Notes: generated from the sequence alone by a model not told the origin. DNA of 60,000 bases from Lytechinus pictus (GCF_037042905.1 NC_087245.1:12464001-12524000); one strand, 5' to 3'. Positions 12,795 to 26,511 are shown, counted from the stretch's first letter. Numbers and translations: made by a program.

Positions 12795-14900
12795 CATGTA
12801 CATGTACTGTATTTTGTTATTAAATCATTGTTTCCCAATTGACTTGAGGCAATTTTCCCCCAACAGAATATCACCTACATTTTATTTTTAATGTCAAGAC
12901 ATGTAAGTGAACATGATAAAATTATATGTATACAGTTGTTGGCTTGAGGAATGATTTAAATGTTTTCCTGTTTTTCCCTTTTAAAACAAATTGCGATGTC
13001 AACAAGTGTAACGCTACGATCAATCCAGAAATGTACCGTTTAAATGTTTAATATAGAAAATCAGTTTGCTGTTCGTATGATGAAGAGTACTAGAAAGCAT
13101 GTATATGTAAAAAAAGTTTACTACTTGTATTACCAATGAATTCATAGTGAACGTACATAACAACTCCTAGATTCAAACATTAACATTTTTAATCTGCTAT
13201 AGACTATACAACATAGGGCCTACATGTTTAAAAATCGATCTTGTAATTTTGTATGAATTCAATTTAATAGATGAGTTGTAAATTTGCAGGCAATTGAAAA
13301 AATGAGCATATCAACAAGTATATTGCAGTTTTTGCACTAACTCAAAATATCTAAACAATTTTGTATGAGGAACATTGCCATATATCAGCATTGAAAACAA
13401 ACTTCAATAATAAACTACATGTACATGTACTCGTTCATTGTTGAGTCTCTTATTAGATTGTATCAGGGTCTGAGTATCAAGACTAAGCAGTGCCTGTCAG
13501 ACATCCAAATATTTTCATTTAGACTCATTCATGCTTGACCTACATTAGCAGGATCTAATTTAGAGCAGACATAATTAAGCCTCAGAGTAAATAGTTGTGT
13601 TGGCCCATACATTTCATGGACTTCTGATTCTCAGTTTTATGGTGCCCTGGATTGCTGCAGATAACCGCCAGGGTCAAAGATGTATTTTTATTGATCAATG
13701 ACCTCATTTTAATGGAATAAAATCTAGAATGTTAAAATGCTTGTCAATAATAGCCGTGGAGCCTTGTCTACATGTATGTCTGGAGGAAGAAATAATTTAA
13801 TTTCTACCTCCATGGTGTATGGATCTATGCAACATACATGTACATGTATGAATCCACCCCCCCCCCCTCCTTCAACTAAACAGGATGGGGATGGTGGGGA
13901 GGATTTGCAACAAGTAAAGGTCATAGGTTGAATGAAATATGACAAAATGAGTCATGCATACGCTGCAGGCCTACACTGTAAATGCCAACATGACTGAAAA
14001 AATAGTAGACTCGACAAGGGAGCAAAACAACTGGGGATAGAAGAGGGGCTTGCCCCCCCCCTCAGGTTGAGATCTTTACAAATTTGAAATTGATGTATGT
14101 TTTCTCATCTTTCATGTCTCAATTCAATGTGAGTATAATCTGAAAACAATAAGAAAACAACTAATTATTAGAAGCATTATCATAGAAATGTTGGTTTACC
14201 ATACATGTAGTTACTATTGAAATGAAAATTCAAAATCTATCAGGAGCAGTATTCCTAGGTATTCTCCATTATTCATATACCACCAAAAATTGGTAGAGTT
14301 AGCAACAACATGTAGGCCCTACATGTATATACTTATATTTATTGGGGTATGGTTTTTTTTTTTTTTTTGGGGGGGGGGATGGGCAGATTAACCTAGTTCC
14401 TGTTGATATATGCCCAGGTGGTTCACAAGACCAAAAATCTCCATTTCTTGTTTCCTCTGTTATGCTGTGTATTCTCTTTAAAGCCTATGAAATACAATGT
14501 AAGCCTTATTTTTCTTATAGAAAAAATAAAGGAGATATTAGGAAAACTTGAGTCTAATAGACCTTCATTACCTTAAACTTCACATATCGGTATTAGAATA
14601 AAAATACATTTATAAAGTACTGTATGTATGCTGGCAATGTACATGCACACACGATTTTATGATATTGCAGTCTTTTCACTTGCCATCTCGATTCTACACC
14701 TACATGTACATAATGTAGGCACTTCACAGCATGCGTACACCATACCATTGAGAGAAAGGCAGTGCATCTCACTGGCATTCATGCTAATGATATTACTGGC
14801 ATGATGCGTATTTCCAGGCGAGAATCCTCAAACAATTAACGGGTGCCCCATGAGGACGGGTCGTGAGCAGGAAGCTGAGATGCGCAGACACACCAGCATC

Positions 14901-16052
14901 AATCCCTTCATTGTGATGCATGCATGTTGGGGAGGGGTAGAGGGAGAGGGTGACAGCAATCCCCTCATTGTGATGCATGAATTTTTGGGATGGGTAGAGG
15001 AAGGGGTGACAGCAATCCCCTCATTGTGATGCATGCATGTTGGGGAGGGGTAGAGGGAGGAGGTGACAGCAATCCCCTCATTGTGATGCATGCATGTTGG
15101 GGTGGGGTAGAGGGAGGGGGTGACAGCAATGAATCCCCTCATTGTGATGCATGCATGTTGGGGAGGGGTAGAGGGAGGGGGTGACGGCAATCCCCTCACT
15201 GTGATGCATGCATGTTGGGGAGGGGTAGAGAGAGGGGGTGACGGCAATCCCCTCATTGTGATGCATGCATGTTGGGGAGGGGTAGAGGGAGGGGGTGACA
15301 GCAATCCCCTCATTGTGATGCATGCATGTTGGGGAGGGGTAGAGGGAGGGGGTGACAGCATTTCTTTCATTGTGATGCATGCAGGTTGGGGAGGGGTAGA
15401 GGGAGGTGGTGACAGCATTCCTTTCATTGTGATGCATGCATGTTGGGGAGGGGTAGAGGGAGGGGTGACATCAATCCCCTCATTGTGATGCATGCATGTT
15501 GGGGAGGGGTATAGGGAGGGGATGACAGCAATCCCCTCATTGTGTTCTATGCATGTTGGGGACGGGTAGAGTGGGGGGGGGGTGACAGCAATCCCTTCAT
15601 TGTGATGCATGCATGTTGGGGTGGGATAGAGGGAGGGGGTGACAGCAATCCCCACATTGTGATGTATGCATGTTGGGGTGGGATAGAGGGGTAGGGTGAC
15701 AGCAATCCCCTCATTGTGATGCATGCATGTTGGGGAGGGGTAGAGGGAGGGGGTGACAGCATTCCTTTCATTGTGATGCATGCATGTTGGGGAGGGATAG
15801 AGGGAGGGGGTGACAGCATTCCTTTCATTGTGATGCATGCATGTTGGGGAGGGGTAGAGGGAGGGGGTGACATCAATCCCCTCATTGTGATGCATGCATG
15901 TTGGGGAGGGGTATAGGGAGGGGATGACAGCAATCCCCTCATTGTGTTCTATGCATGTTGGGGACGGGTAGAGTGGGGGGGGGGGGGTGACAGCAATCCC
16001 CTCATTGTGTTGTATGCATGTTGGGGACGGGTAGAGGGGGGGGGGGGGACAG
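14901..16052. repeat. 57-bp G-rich minisatellite, about 20 units
   Basis: Unit AATCCCCTCATTGTGATGCATGCATGTTGGGGAGGGGTAGAGGGAGGGGGTGACAGC; explains the 19-aa periodic ORFs. Confidence 0.95.
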
Positions 16053-16162
16053 CATAGACAGGCATTGAAATAATCTTGTGAAAATAGATGATGGCATGAA
16101 AATTGACCAGTCCATAGTGCTCTGTGAGCACAATACAAGTACCGGTACATGTGTATTCCTGA

Positions 16163-19100
16163 TAGTCAGGGGCCTTAGGCCCATGATTTGAAGTTTTGGG
16201 GACAGAGTTGACAAAAGCACCAAACTTTCCCTATGTCACTATTAGGTCAAAAGCTTCATTTTTTCCCACAGAACATGGTGTTGAAAATCGCATCTTCATG
16301 CAAAAATATGCTAATTTATGCAAATTAGCAGTAATTTATGCATGAATCCATATGCCAATAGAAATCAATAGATAAAAGTTAATCAAAAAGATACCAAACT
16401 TTAGGAAGGTCTCTATCAGGTCAATAGCTTTCATTTTCCCCACAGATCATAGTGTTAGAAATGGCATTTTCATGCAGAAATATGCTAATTTATGCAAATT
16501 AGCAGTAATTTATGCATGAAGCCAAATGCCAATAGGAATTAATTAATAAAAGTAAATAAAGAGATACCAAACTTTAGGAAAGTCTCTTTCAGGTCAATAG
16601 CTTTAAATTTCCTTATTAAACATGATATCTAAAATTGTGTCTTCATGCAAAAATATGTTAATATATGCATGAATAGTAAAAATTAGTAAAAAGGAATAAA
16701 AAGAAACCAAACTTAAAGAAAATCTTTATCAGATTGATAGCTTTAATTTTCCCTATCAAACGTGCTATTGAAAATCCCGTCTTCATGCAAAATATGCTAA
16801 TTTATGTAAATTAGCAATTATTTTATACATGAATGTATAAATTAGTCCCATTCCAATGGGTATTAACAGTGGAAAAGGGGCCAAACATTTGAAGTACCTC
16901 TATCAGCTCAAAAGCTTCAATTTTTACCAGCAAAACATGCTATTGAAAATCCTGTTTCCATGCAAAAGTGTGTTATATTATGTAAATTAACAATAATTTA
17001 TGTATGAAGCTGTATTCCAATGACTATTAAAGCAAATACAGTGAAAAGAGGCCAAAATTTGGAAGAAAACCTGCATCTTTTCCACAAAATATGTATGCTA
17101 TTGAAAACAAAGTCATTTAAAACATATGCTATTTTGCTAATTATGATATGCTAATTATTTCTGCTAATGGAAATAATTCTGCATAAAAAATGTGCTGCTT
17201 ATTGAAGCAAATTTGATGCAAATTCATCTTACGGGAAACAGAACCCTCTTTGAACGGGTGTCCATTTCAAATCATGTCCCCCACTCTCACTCCCTACACA
17301 CTGGCGTAAATTCGGTCGGATTTTCAAAACTTCAAAACTTTGGAGACGCCCCACACCAAAGGCTTTGTATACGGAGGTATATAGCCATGAACTATCTGTC
17401 AGTTAAAGTCTGATTTTCTCAATAGCTATAAAGTACATATGGATCACAGTTAAGCAAATTTTCAGTCGTTGGGAATCAAAATAGTGTCCAAAAATCTCTC
17501 TCAAGTTGTGTAATAATCACATCATGGGCAATGTATACGTGGGCATATTCTATAAATCTGCACATTATTACTATCTCCTTTCGATTAGAGACCTATCCTA
17601 TATTGTAATTAATTTTGTTGGGATGTAAAGTAATGATTTTCAGTAAATATCAAAATCTGCAGCTCCACTGTGTGGAGGGATTGTAGACCAAGGTATAATT
17701 CAAGCAAGCAATGAGTCTGATCGAGACTATACTTCAACCAGGGTTACACAAGAACCAAATTCTTCCTCAAAAGTTTGGACTGATTCTTCCCGAATATGGC
17801 CTAATTGGGATGAATTCGGTGGATGTGCAACCTATTCGTCTCTGATTCAGCTCTGATCCGAGGTGCTGACTGCATTAGAGACGATAAGGTCTGGAATACG
17901 TCCCATATCAGAGTAGAATCCCTGAGAATTTACTCGAATCAAAATTGACTGTCCCGCATAGAGCCGTATGCCAACCCAAACAGTGGAAACAATCGAGCAA
18001 AAGGTGGCCAGAATCGAGCCAAATTTAGCCCGAATCCTCTTATTTTCGCGACCTGAATAACGACCCGAATTGGAACGATTATGCCAAATTCGCCAAGTAC
18101 GCCACTGATTTTCCCGAAAATACGCCACATTCTTTCGAAATGGGCTATAATTGACCTATTCGGATGCCATGTTTCTATTTTCTGGCCAATTCGTCTCACT
18201 TGTCCATATTCTTCTCTGTATTCGAGTAATGATTCGTAAGATATGGGGAGAGGCAAGAGTCGGACCTTTACTCTACAACTGATACGAATAGCTCTTAATC
18301 TGCCCAGAGTACCCCAAATGCCTCCCAAAATCCAACAGAATTCCATCGGAATACATCCCGAACGTGGCGCGAATGAAATTGGGGAGTATTTTGGAGGTAT
18401 TCGGCTGATTTTGAACATTTTCATAACGAGCCGAATTCCTCCAAGAATGTTCCCTAATCCCTCCTGAATTTTCCTGCATTCGGGAGGGGAGAACAGAGTG
18501 CTCCAGAATCCATTCTTATGTGTATTCGGATGGATTTGCAGCTTATTTGGTTTTGGTGTAACCCATGTTTTAAGTAGGCAATCCGTTTCTGGACTACAAA
18601 CCAGAATAAGGATGCAACTGTGGTAAACACCCTGCAAAACATTCAGAGGATAACCAATGTACAGTCGCAAGAATACATCACGTCAGTCCTGGTTTAATAA
18701 GCTAGATTCACACCAAAACCTAATTCTCCCGAATAAATTTGGACTGATTCTGCCCGATTATGGCCTGATTCAGATGGATTAGGGGAGTTCCCCCAAATAG
18801 AGAAGAATGGGTCCGGAATATGTCCCGATTCAGCACAGAATCGCCAAGAATTGACCAAATCAATTTTGGCCACCCCCCAAAAAGCAGAATGCCCACACGA
18901 ATAGTGGCAAGAATCGACCCAAGCATGTCCAGAATCCAGCCGACCCGATATCTCTGATTACAGTCGAACGATGGCCTGAATATGGACCCGAATCAGAACG
19001 AATGTGCCGAGCTCGGACGGTTCGGGACAGTTATGCCCAGAATGATAAAAATAGGTCCGAATCTGCCCAGAAAACTCCAAATGCCTCCCCTAATCCAACC

Positions 19101-20163
19101 GAATGTACCGAATACATCCCAAATGTTGCCCGAATGAAATTTGTTGTCACATTCGGGAGTATTCTGGAGGGTATTCGGCTGGTTTTGAACATTTTAAAAT
19201 GAGCTGAATTCCTCAGCGAATGTTCCCAATTTTTTTCGCATTTACGAAGGTAAAACAGAATATTCCTTAAACCACCCGAATACGTGTATATGTGAAAGGG
19301 GTATGCACAGGATTTATAATTTGCATAAATTTGCATTTTAAACATGATACCCTCCTCTTGTCGCATGGAAAGTCACCATAATGAATGAATTGTGTAACAG
19401 TGTCTCATATGCATAGTGTTGTGCTCGTGCCTCGGTTTAAAAATATGATAGTTAATGTGTTTTACACATATTTGCATAAATTTTGCATAAATTTGCATTA
19501 TTTAACATTGAAAATTGATTCTTATTCGGGAACTGTACAGAAATCAATCTAGATTTGATGCCCCATCAAAATAAATCCTAAATACCCCCCCCAAAAAAAA
19601 AAAGGTGTTTAGAAAAGTTTAGGTCTGTACTATACATACACAGTAATTTAGGGTGAATAGTGTGATTTTGTATAATTTTGCATAAATTAGCACTGTGAAA
19701 TAGGATTCCAGTAATTGATATCGAGGCATTCTATCAAGAATTAATGCTTTTGGTACCAGAGACACATGTGGAAAAATAATTGTGATTTTGACAATTCTAT
19801 ATGTCGAGATATGATAAAATATGTGTTTTTGCATATAATTTGCATAAAATTTGCATAAATTAACTTTAGGAATTGATTCATACTCACCAATTTAAAAAAA
19901 AAAATCGACCTGTAGTTGAATATTTTGCAAAAGAAGACCAAAATACACAAAAAGTTGGCATTTGAAAATTATTTTAGTGAAATATGGTGAATTAAGAGTT
20001 TTTTGCATAAAATTTGCATAAATTAGCATTTTAAAATAGGGTGCCCTTCACCGATTTCGGGGCACCCTATCTAGAATTAATGCTTTTGATACCAGGGACC
20101 CACATGCAAAAAATTGCGCTTTTGTAAATTCTGTCCCCAAAATTTTGCTAAGGCCCCTGACTA
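16163..20163. mobile_element. Academ-like non-autonomous DNA transposon (4.0 kb) with internal tandem repeats
   Basis: Perfect 16-bp TIRs TAGTCAGGGGCCTTAG / CTAAGGCCCCTGACTA plus subterminal TTTTGGGGACAGA / TCTGTCCCCAAAA; 3-bp TSD TGA. TAG..CTA ends with a 3-bp TSD fit Academ. About 180-bp ATGCAAA-rich units at 16220-17200 are mirrored by TTTGCAT units at 19310-20030. Confidence 0.75.
17790..19302. mobile_element. CCGAAT-motif-rich repeat nested in the Academ-like element (probable DNA transposon remnant)
   Basis: Dense CCGAAT/ATTCGG motifs; internal duplication (about 18300-18480 vs 19060-19240); TIR-like right end TGTGAAAGGGGTA; left end not found. Confidence 0.45.
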
Positions 20164-21124
20164 TGAGCCTTCCTGCTTTTTTAAAAGAATGTAATAAATA
20201 GATACATACTGTGTATTTAAAACCTGAGAACAAAAATTTAGTTTGCTGAATAAATAATGTTCAGTGCTTTTAAAGTGTTAGAATGGGTCAATAGCTATAG
20301 GCATACACATGTAATGTATTTTCATACATTGTAATTTCATTAAAAATATATAACCCAAAACAAAAACAAAAGTATATATTTGCCTACTATTTGTTTAGTG
20401 CTTTTAGAGTGTTACAAGAAGACAAATAAACATTATTATGGAAAAACATTTAGAATTTTTAAATGATATTATGAAACCCCGCAACAATACAATGTATATA
20501 GATGTTGTTTACTGCTCTGTGCTTTTTGAGTGGGTCAAAGGGTCCGATGCTGTTTATACTATATTACTTACCAAAATAATACCATTGACTTCAATATGTT
20601 TTCATTAAATGTCTTTGTTTACATGTGGAAATTAACACCATGTATCCAGACTGACAATGACATGGAGAAGACTTACTCCATCATCCCAACTCCACACACT
20701 ACCTACCCTATTACTATATAATCATGTTTGCATAATGCACCAATCGGTATAGTGAAGGGGGATCCTTCGCCTAACAAATCAGGTGGTCGCCATGGCAATG
20801 ACTACCGTCATAGCACATTCCATTATGTCAGCTGTCAAATGATATCTCGGTCAGAACAGGTACACACATGGGCTGTGTGGGCGGGCAGATAAATAATGTG
20901 ACCAGGTATCCTCCATTGGAATAGATCATGGATATTGTGATTTTCACTCCTACCAGTGAAGGCAATTTGAAATCATTGATGATCCAGTCTCGGCATAAAT
21001 CTGGCCATTTGTTGGACAAGCTGTACATGCAGAGGTGCAGATAAATTTTAAGTGTACAGTTACTACAGTACATGTTCATGCTGCAATTACATTTTTGCTA
21101 TTTTCTTTAACTGTAACATGTGTT

Positions 21125-21339
21125 TTCCTTCAGCAAGAAATTTATCCACACTGTGCTGCACTCAACCCAGGTGAGGTAAATGGGTACCAGCAGGAAATAA
21201 TTCCTCAGAAAGCTGTGTGCACCTGAATCGGTAGCCTAGCTTAGCCAGGTAATAATAATAGCAGGGCCCACTGGGAGAACTGTTTTCGGAAATGAAGTGG
21301 CTACCCTGGGTAAATATACCGTTGTTATTATTATTATTA
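21125..21339 (+). mobile_element. 5'-truncated SINE (shared core, (TTA)n tail)
   Basis: Core TTCCTTCAGCAAGAAA..TGCTGCACTCAACCCAGGTGAGGTAAATGGGTACC shared with 33427-33649; ends in (TTA)n. Confidence 0.75.
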
Positions 21340-22381
21340 TGTAGCCAAACATGAGGCACCATTGCTGACCATGAAAAAAAAACAGCATTGGTATTGAGTA
21401 AACTTCAATAGAGTATAGAAACTCAAAACAATGACATATAAAGAATAGTCTTAATAATAATGAGAACAAAATCTTGAAAATGCATTAGGGCTATTCCACG
21501 GTTACTCAAGTTACATTTGGAGACACCTTGACTCATACTGGGAGCTGTAACTCCATTATTATTGATAGGAACTAAACATCTCTTTATCACAACATAGTAC
21601 GCAGTCTGACTATCCTTTGTATAAAAACAAAACTTGGGAAATTTCATTATGCTCTTGGCAAATCTTTGAAATGTGTCGGTTACTCATGTTACATGATTTG
21701 GACATGCATAAAATGAAAAGTGGACATAAGTGAAAAGTGTCCTCATGCAAGGCTTTTATGAAAGTTGATTATATCCATTTCAAAGAAGTATATTAGGGAG
21801 ACAAATTTGTATATAATTAAAAAAATAAAGAACACATGGTTTTTACTAGGGGTGCAGATAAAGTGGTTACTCACGTTACGGTTCAGATGGGCTATATGTA
21901 CAAAGACACATAGAGCTCATGTCCATCAACCTATGGAATTGCCCATTACCTGTTGCAGTGAACATCAAAATATACGCGCTCACAGCTTTACCTGTAATAT
22001 TCATAACTAGTAGTCTAGCCTCGGATAGTATTAGTAGGCCTTAACACTTTTAAGAGCAGAAAAAATAGATTTTCATAGATAAATAAGGGTGCTACTAATT
22101 CTCTTAATTATTTTTAATACTGTACATACATGTATATTGAAGGAATATTTCATGTACATAAATCATGTTGCATTCACGTGGAATATGTAGGCAATTTACC
22201 GCTTAGAGGCAATTTTGCGATTTTGCGGTATATAAAATCGTTATTGTTATTATTATTATAATATTGAGTGAGCGTTTTTGACTGAATTTCGTCATTGGAT
22301 TGTGTCTTTTTTGTACAAGTGCAGTGTACATGAAGGCCTGAAATCACATGGGATCTGTGTCTGTGTGAAGCGTAAACATAC

Positions 22382-22945
22382 TTAAATGTCAAGTCCACCC
22401 CAGAAAAATGTTGATTTGAATAAATAGAGAAAAATCAAACTAGCATAGATGCTGAAAATTTCATCAAAATCGGATGTAAAATAAGAAAGTTCTGACATTT
22501 TCAAGTTTTGCTTATTTTTCACAAAACAGTGATGCACAACTCAGTGACATGCAAATGAGACAGTCGATGATGTCCCTCACTCACTATTTCTTTACTTTTT
22601 ATTGTTTGAATTATACAAAATTCATTTTTGTACAGATTTGACAATAAGGATCAACTTGACTGAACCATATAGCATTGATTGATGAATCGTTTTTTTCACT
22701 TGACAATGAGGAGAAATTAGAATATTTCATATAATAAAGTACAAAAGAAATATCGAGTGGATGACGTCATCAGTCTCATACCGACCAGAATGTGCATGTA
22801 ACTTTTTGTGAAATTAAGCGAAAATTTAAAATGTCATAACTTCCTTATTTTACATCCGATTTTGATGAAACTTTCAGTGTTTACCTTGTTGGATTTTTCT
22901 CTTTTTATTCAAATCAACTTTTTGCTGGGGTGGCTTGTCCTTTAA
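22382..22945. mobile_element. Kolobok-like non-autonomous element
   Basis: TTAA at both ends; TIR (A)TGTCAAGTCCACCCCAG / CTGGGGTGGCTTGTCCT with long imperfect inverted arms. Confidence 0.8.
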
Positions 22946-23722
22946 ATTCACCTGTTACATTTGAAGTATGGATCCATGTTTGAAATCAAGAGATTTTTGT
23001 ATTTTGTAAGTGTACGCAAGGCAGGCCCTATATGGATATAATGAGCATAGGGCCTACGTATAAAGCTATGCGAGATCTAGGCTTCTGTCTTTTATGGCAT
23101 TATGACGCAGCTGTTTTGACTTATCATGCAGACCAACGCTAACAATGTGACTGATGGCATGTGCCATAATCTCACAAGTATTACTTGTGAAGTTTTTTTT
23201 TTTAGTTCCAAGCATGAACATGAACCCTTATGTACATACATCATACATGTAGCATACAGCACAGGGAACACCATGGAGGCCTACATCTATTTGGAGTTTT
23301 ATTTGAAATGTTTCATCTTATTCTTAAGTAAAATCTTTTCATATCTTCTCTTGTAAAAAACATAATTCTTTTCTTGAAATTAATGAGAACTCTTTACTTT
23401 TTATCTCTTCGAGACATACAGCACACAATTTTTATAGGTCTATATACATGTAGGTACTAATTTTCAAACAGTAAATTAGATTGATTTCATACAAATTTCT
23501 TTTGAATGAGTCACATGCTAACAAACATTTTTAATCTTTTTGCTGATTGAATCCTGCAGATGCCATGATGTAGTCGTCAAAGGAACCAAATCCCAAGCAA
23601 CTCATTGAGACAACTCCCAACAACATTCCAGCAACAACTCAGCTGAGCAAGCCCTGGTCTTTGACCAGTCACTTGCTGTCACCACAACTCAAACTGACCA
23701 ATCACCATCCTCCAACCTCATC

Positions 23723-24050
23723 ATGAACCAATCAAAAGAACAGAATTCGGAGATTGCCTCATCATCATCATCATGTTCATCAACACCATCCTCGGGAACT
23801 TTGAGCTCCTCATCGGACAACATGGCATTGCCATTTGCTTCAATGTTGACCTCGACCGCAGCTTCGACTGCATCTTTGACATCGGCCTCAACATCAACTG
23901 CAGCATCAACGTTCATAGCTGTGAGGAAGGAACACCAGCAAGGGACCAAGAAGATTGTCTCAGCTTTGAAACGAAAACGGAATCCTTGCCACGAAACAAC
24001 CAAAGATGAAGATGAAGGGTCATCCTCAAAGAAATCAAGACTCGATCACG
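23723..24050 (+). CDS. CSRNP: CSRNP-family protein, coding exon 1 (Ser/Thr-rich N-terminus, LKRKR basic motif)
   Basis: Acceptor CTGCAG|A at 23559/23560; first in-frame ATG after an in-frame TGA; donor CACG|GTAATA at 24050 (phase 1) joins exon 29074 in frame. Confidence 0.8.
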
Positions 24051-24202
24051 GTAATAATTCTTTTGGTTCATTTGAAAGGTTAACAAAATCATGTAGACCT
24101 AATTGATTGTTGCCTATATACTGAACACTAAAAAGCATTTGAAAATGAATCCAAGAACATGCCCCTACGATCATTTGAAAATGAAATGCTTTACCCTTAA
24201 AT

Positions 24203-26511
24203 TAGTGCTGTAGGCGAACCGCCGAACTGAACGGAAGTTTGCCGAACTTGGCACTTCCAACTGAACCAAACACAAATGCTTGGTTCGCTGATCGGTATAA
24301 AATGCCAGGTGCTTATGTAAAATGCCATTGATTACAAATTCAATTCAATTGTGACTCCATATATTTAATTATAAAATAATAAACATTTTTAAATCTGATA
24401 CGAAAGCATTGGCCTCGTCTTTGAATTTATTCTGTTCAATTTCGAAATTTTTATAAAGATGAATTTAGTTGTTTTTTTCTACGTAAAATGGAAGGACATT
24501 TGAAGCTAAATTTGGTATAAAAGTGAATACGTATATGGCTGTAATCGATTGTAGTTGTAATCGGTCATAATTGCTTTTTATTTTATAAAAAATAGATAAA
24601 CAAGACAAATTCCTTCCTCATAACTAACAAAGTAATGGTAAAATTTATTTTTGACCTTATGAAACGTCCGAATTAAAGGAGAATGAAACTCTTGGAGCAA
24701 GTTAGCTTTTGTGAAAGCAGAAAAATCAAAAAATAAGATCAACAAAAGTTTGAGTAAAATAGGACTAGCAATAAAAGAGTTATTAGCATTTGAATGTCGA
24801 GATCACTAATGCTATGGAGATCCTCCCATTGGCAATGCGACCAAGATCTGTGATGTCACACACGTACAACTCTCCCATTTGGACACTGAAAATATACCCC
24901 AAAACATTTCTTTTTGCTCATTATAATCATATGACAAACGATTCATCAATGTTATAATGTTGTGAAACCTCTGTACTTGTCATCTCATAAAGAGAACACC
25001 TCACCTTGTGATAGACTCTATAAAAGTGAGAATATAAGTGAAATAAGTACTAAAGTAATGAGGGAGTTGTACGTGTGTGATATCACAGATCTTGGTCGCA
25101 TTGCCGATGGGAGGATCTACATGGCACTAGTGATCTCAATATTCAAATGCTTATAACTTTCTTATTATTCATTCAATCTTCCTCAAACTTTCAACAATGT
25201 GTTCCTTTGATTTTTCTCTTTGATATGGATTCAGCTGGTTTCAACTAAGGGTTTCATTCTCCTTTAATAAGAAGTGAGAGTAGAAATAGCATTTTAAATA
25301 ACAGGAAAGATCAAAAGTCAAAGCAAAGCAACGCCATGATCACATTCGGGAAATAGTTGATCTGGAAGTATACGTATGGCTGTAATCGTCGTAGTTGTAA
25401 TCAGTCATACTAGTACATGTAATTGTAAAAAGAAAATACAACTGTAGTCAAGACATAAATTCCTTCGTGATAACTGACAAAGTAATGGTAAAGTTTATTT
25501 TTCACCTTCTGAAATGTCCAAATAAATAAGAAATGATGGTAGAAATAGAATTCCAAATACAGAAAAGATTAAAAAAGTCAGAATTCAAAGCAAAGCAAAG
25601 ACGTCACGATCGTGTTTGGGAAATACTGTACTTGATCCAGAACGTTAAAAAAAAAAAAACAGCACTCAGCTGCTATTATACTGGTAAAATTCACTTCGAA
25701 TATGAAATGTTCTTTTGAAGTCAATATTTTCTAAAAAGTGGTTTACATGTAATCTTGTCAATTACTGAAAATAAAAAGATAAATTATCAGTTCTGTCTTG
25801 GTCCTGAATGATCGATGCCAGGTGATTTAACAACACTAAAATACGCAGTCCCATGTACTCATTTTCGTGTTGGAAATGTGTTTGAAGTCACTTAGCATCG
25901 ATTTTTTAGGGCCAAGAATGGACTGATAATTTATCTTTTTAGAGTAATTGACCATATTAAACCACTTTTAAGAAAATATGGACTTTGGAAAACATTTTGT
26001 ATTCTTTGGAATATGAATTTTACCAGAATGATAGCAGTTCAGTGGAGGTTGTCTGTTTCATGGTACAACATTCCCGTTCAACACTCTCCTCTCGGGGTAG
26101 GTGTGTTTGCTATGACATTGTAATCGATCACTCTTACATCTACACAAAGTAATCCTGAAAAATATTCTGATCATTGAAATTCTCTCATTTTCATTTATAA
26201 GTTTATTTAATTTGAAATGAAAGTAGAAACTTCTTTTACTATTTTTTTTAAAGAAAAGATAGAAAAGAAATTTATGCAGCAATTTTTATAACCATTTTTA
26301 AAAACAAAATTTGTTTCAAGTATGTGACAGATGTTGGTTACGACGAATGGTACATGGTTCAGGGCTAGCGGTCTTTTTAAAAATGTTTTTGTAATTTATT
26401 TATATTTAGTCATACATTGCTGAACCTCAACCGAATCAGAGTTTTGATAAAAATTCACGAACTCTGCCGAACCAAACCGAAACTGAAAATGAGGCCTGAC
26501 TTGCAGCACTA
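24203..26511. mobile_element. hAT-like non-autonomous element with nested Kolobok-like insertion
   Basis: TIRs TAGTGCTGTA / TGCAGCACTA; perfect 8-bp TSD CCTTAAAT (24195-24202, 26512-26519); CCGAAC subterminal repeats; internal direct duplication (about 24530-24670 vs 25370-25520). Confidence 0.85.
24673..25267. mobile_element. Kolobok-like non-autonomous element (second family)
   Basis: TTAA-AGGAGAATGAAAC ... GTTTCATTCTCCT-TTAA with long inverted arms (GCAATGCGACCAAGATCTGTGAT / ATCACAGATCTTGGTCGCATTGC). Confidence 0.85.

Noticed and set aside
14901..16052. Regularly spaced repeats resembling a CRISPR array
   Set aside because: Head-to-tail units with no unique spacers, no cas genes, eukaryotic intron context.
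14828..16150. 440-aa repetitive ORF and overlapping ORFs
   Set aside because: By-product of a 57-bp (3n) minisatellite; the peptide changes frame midway and resembles no protein family I recognise.
17939..18670. 243-aa minus-strand ORF as a transposase
   Set aside because: No DDE or other recognisable motif; lies in a CCGAAT-repeat tract. A faint AFGVGR Harbinger-like peptide near 17345 is too weak to call.
23689..24003. Antisense acidic ORF over CSRNP exon 1 (and antisense ORFs in 35983-38259)
   Set aside because: Shadow ORFs of the Ser/Thr-rich sense coding strand.
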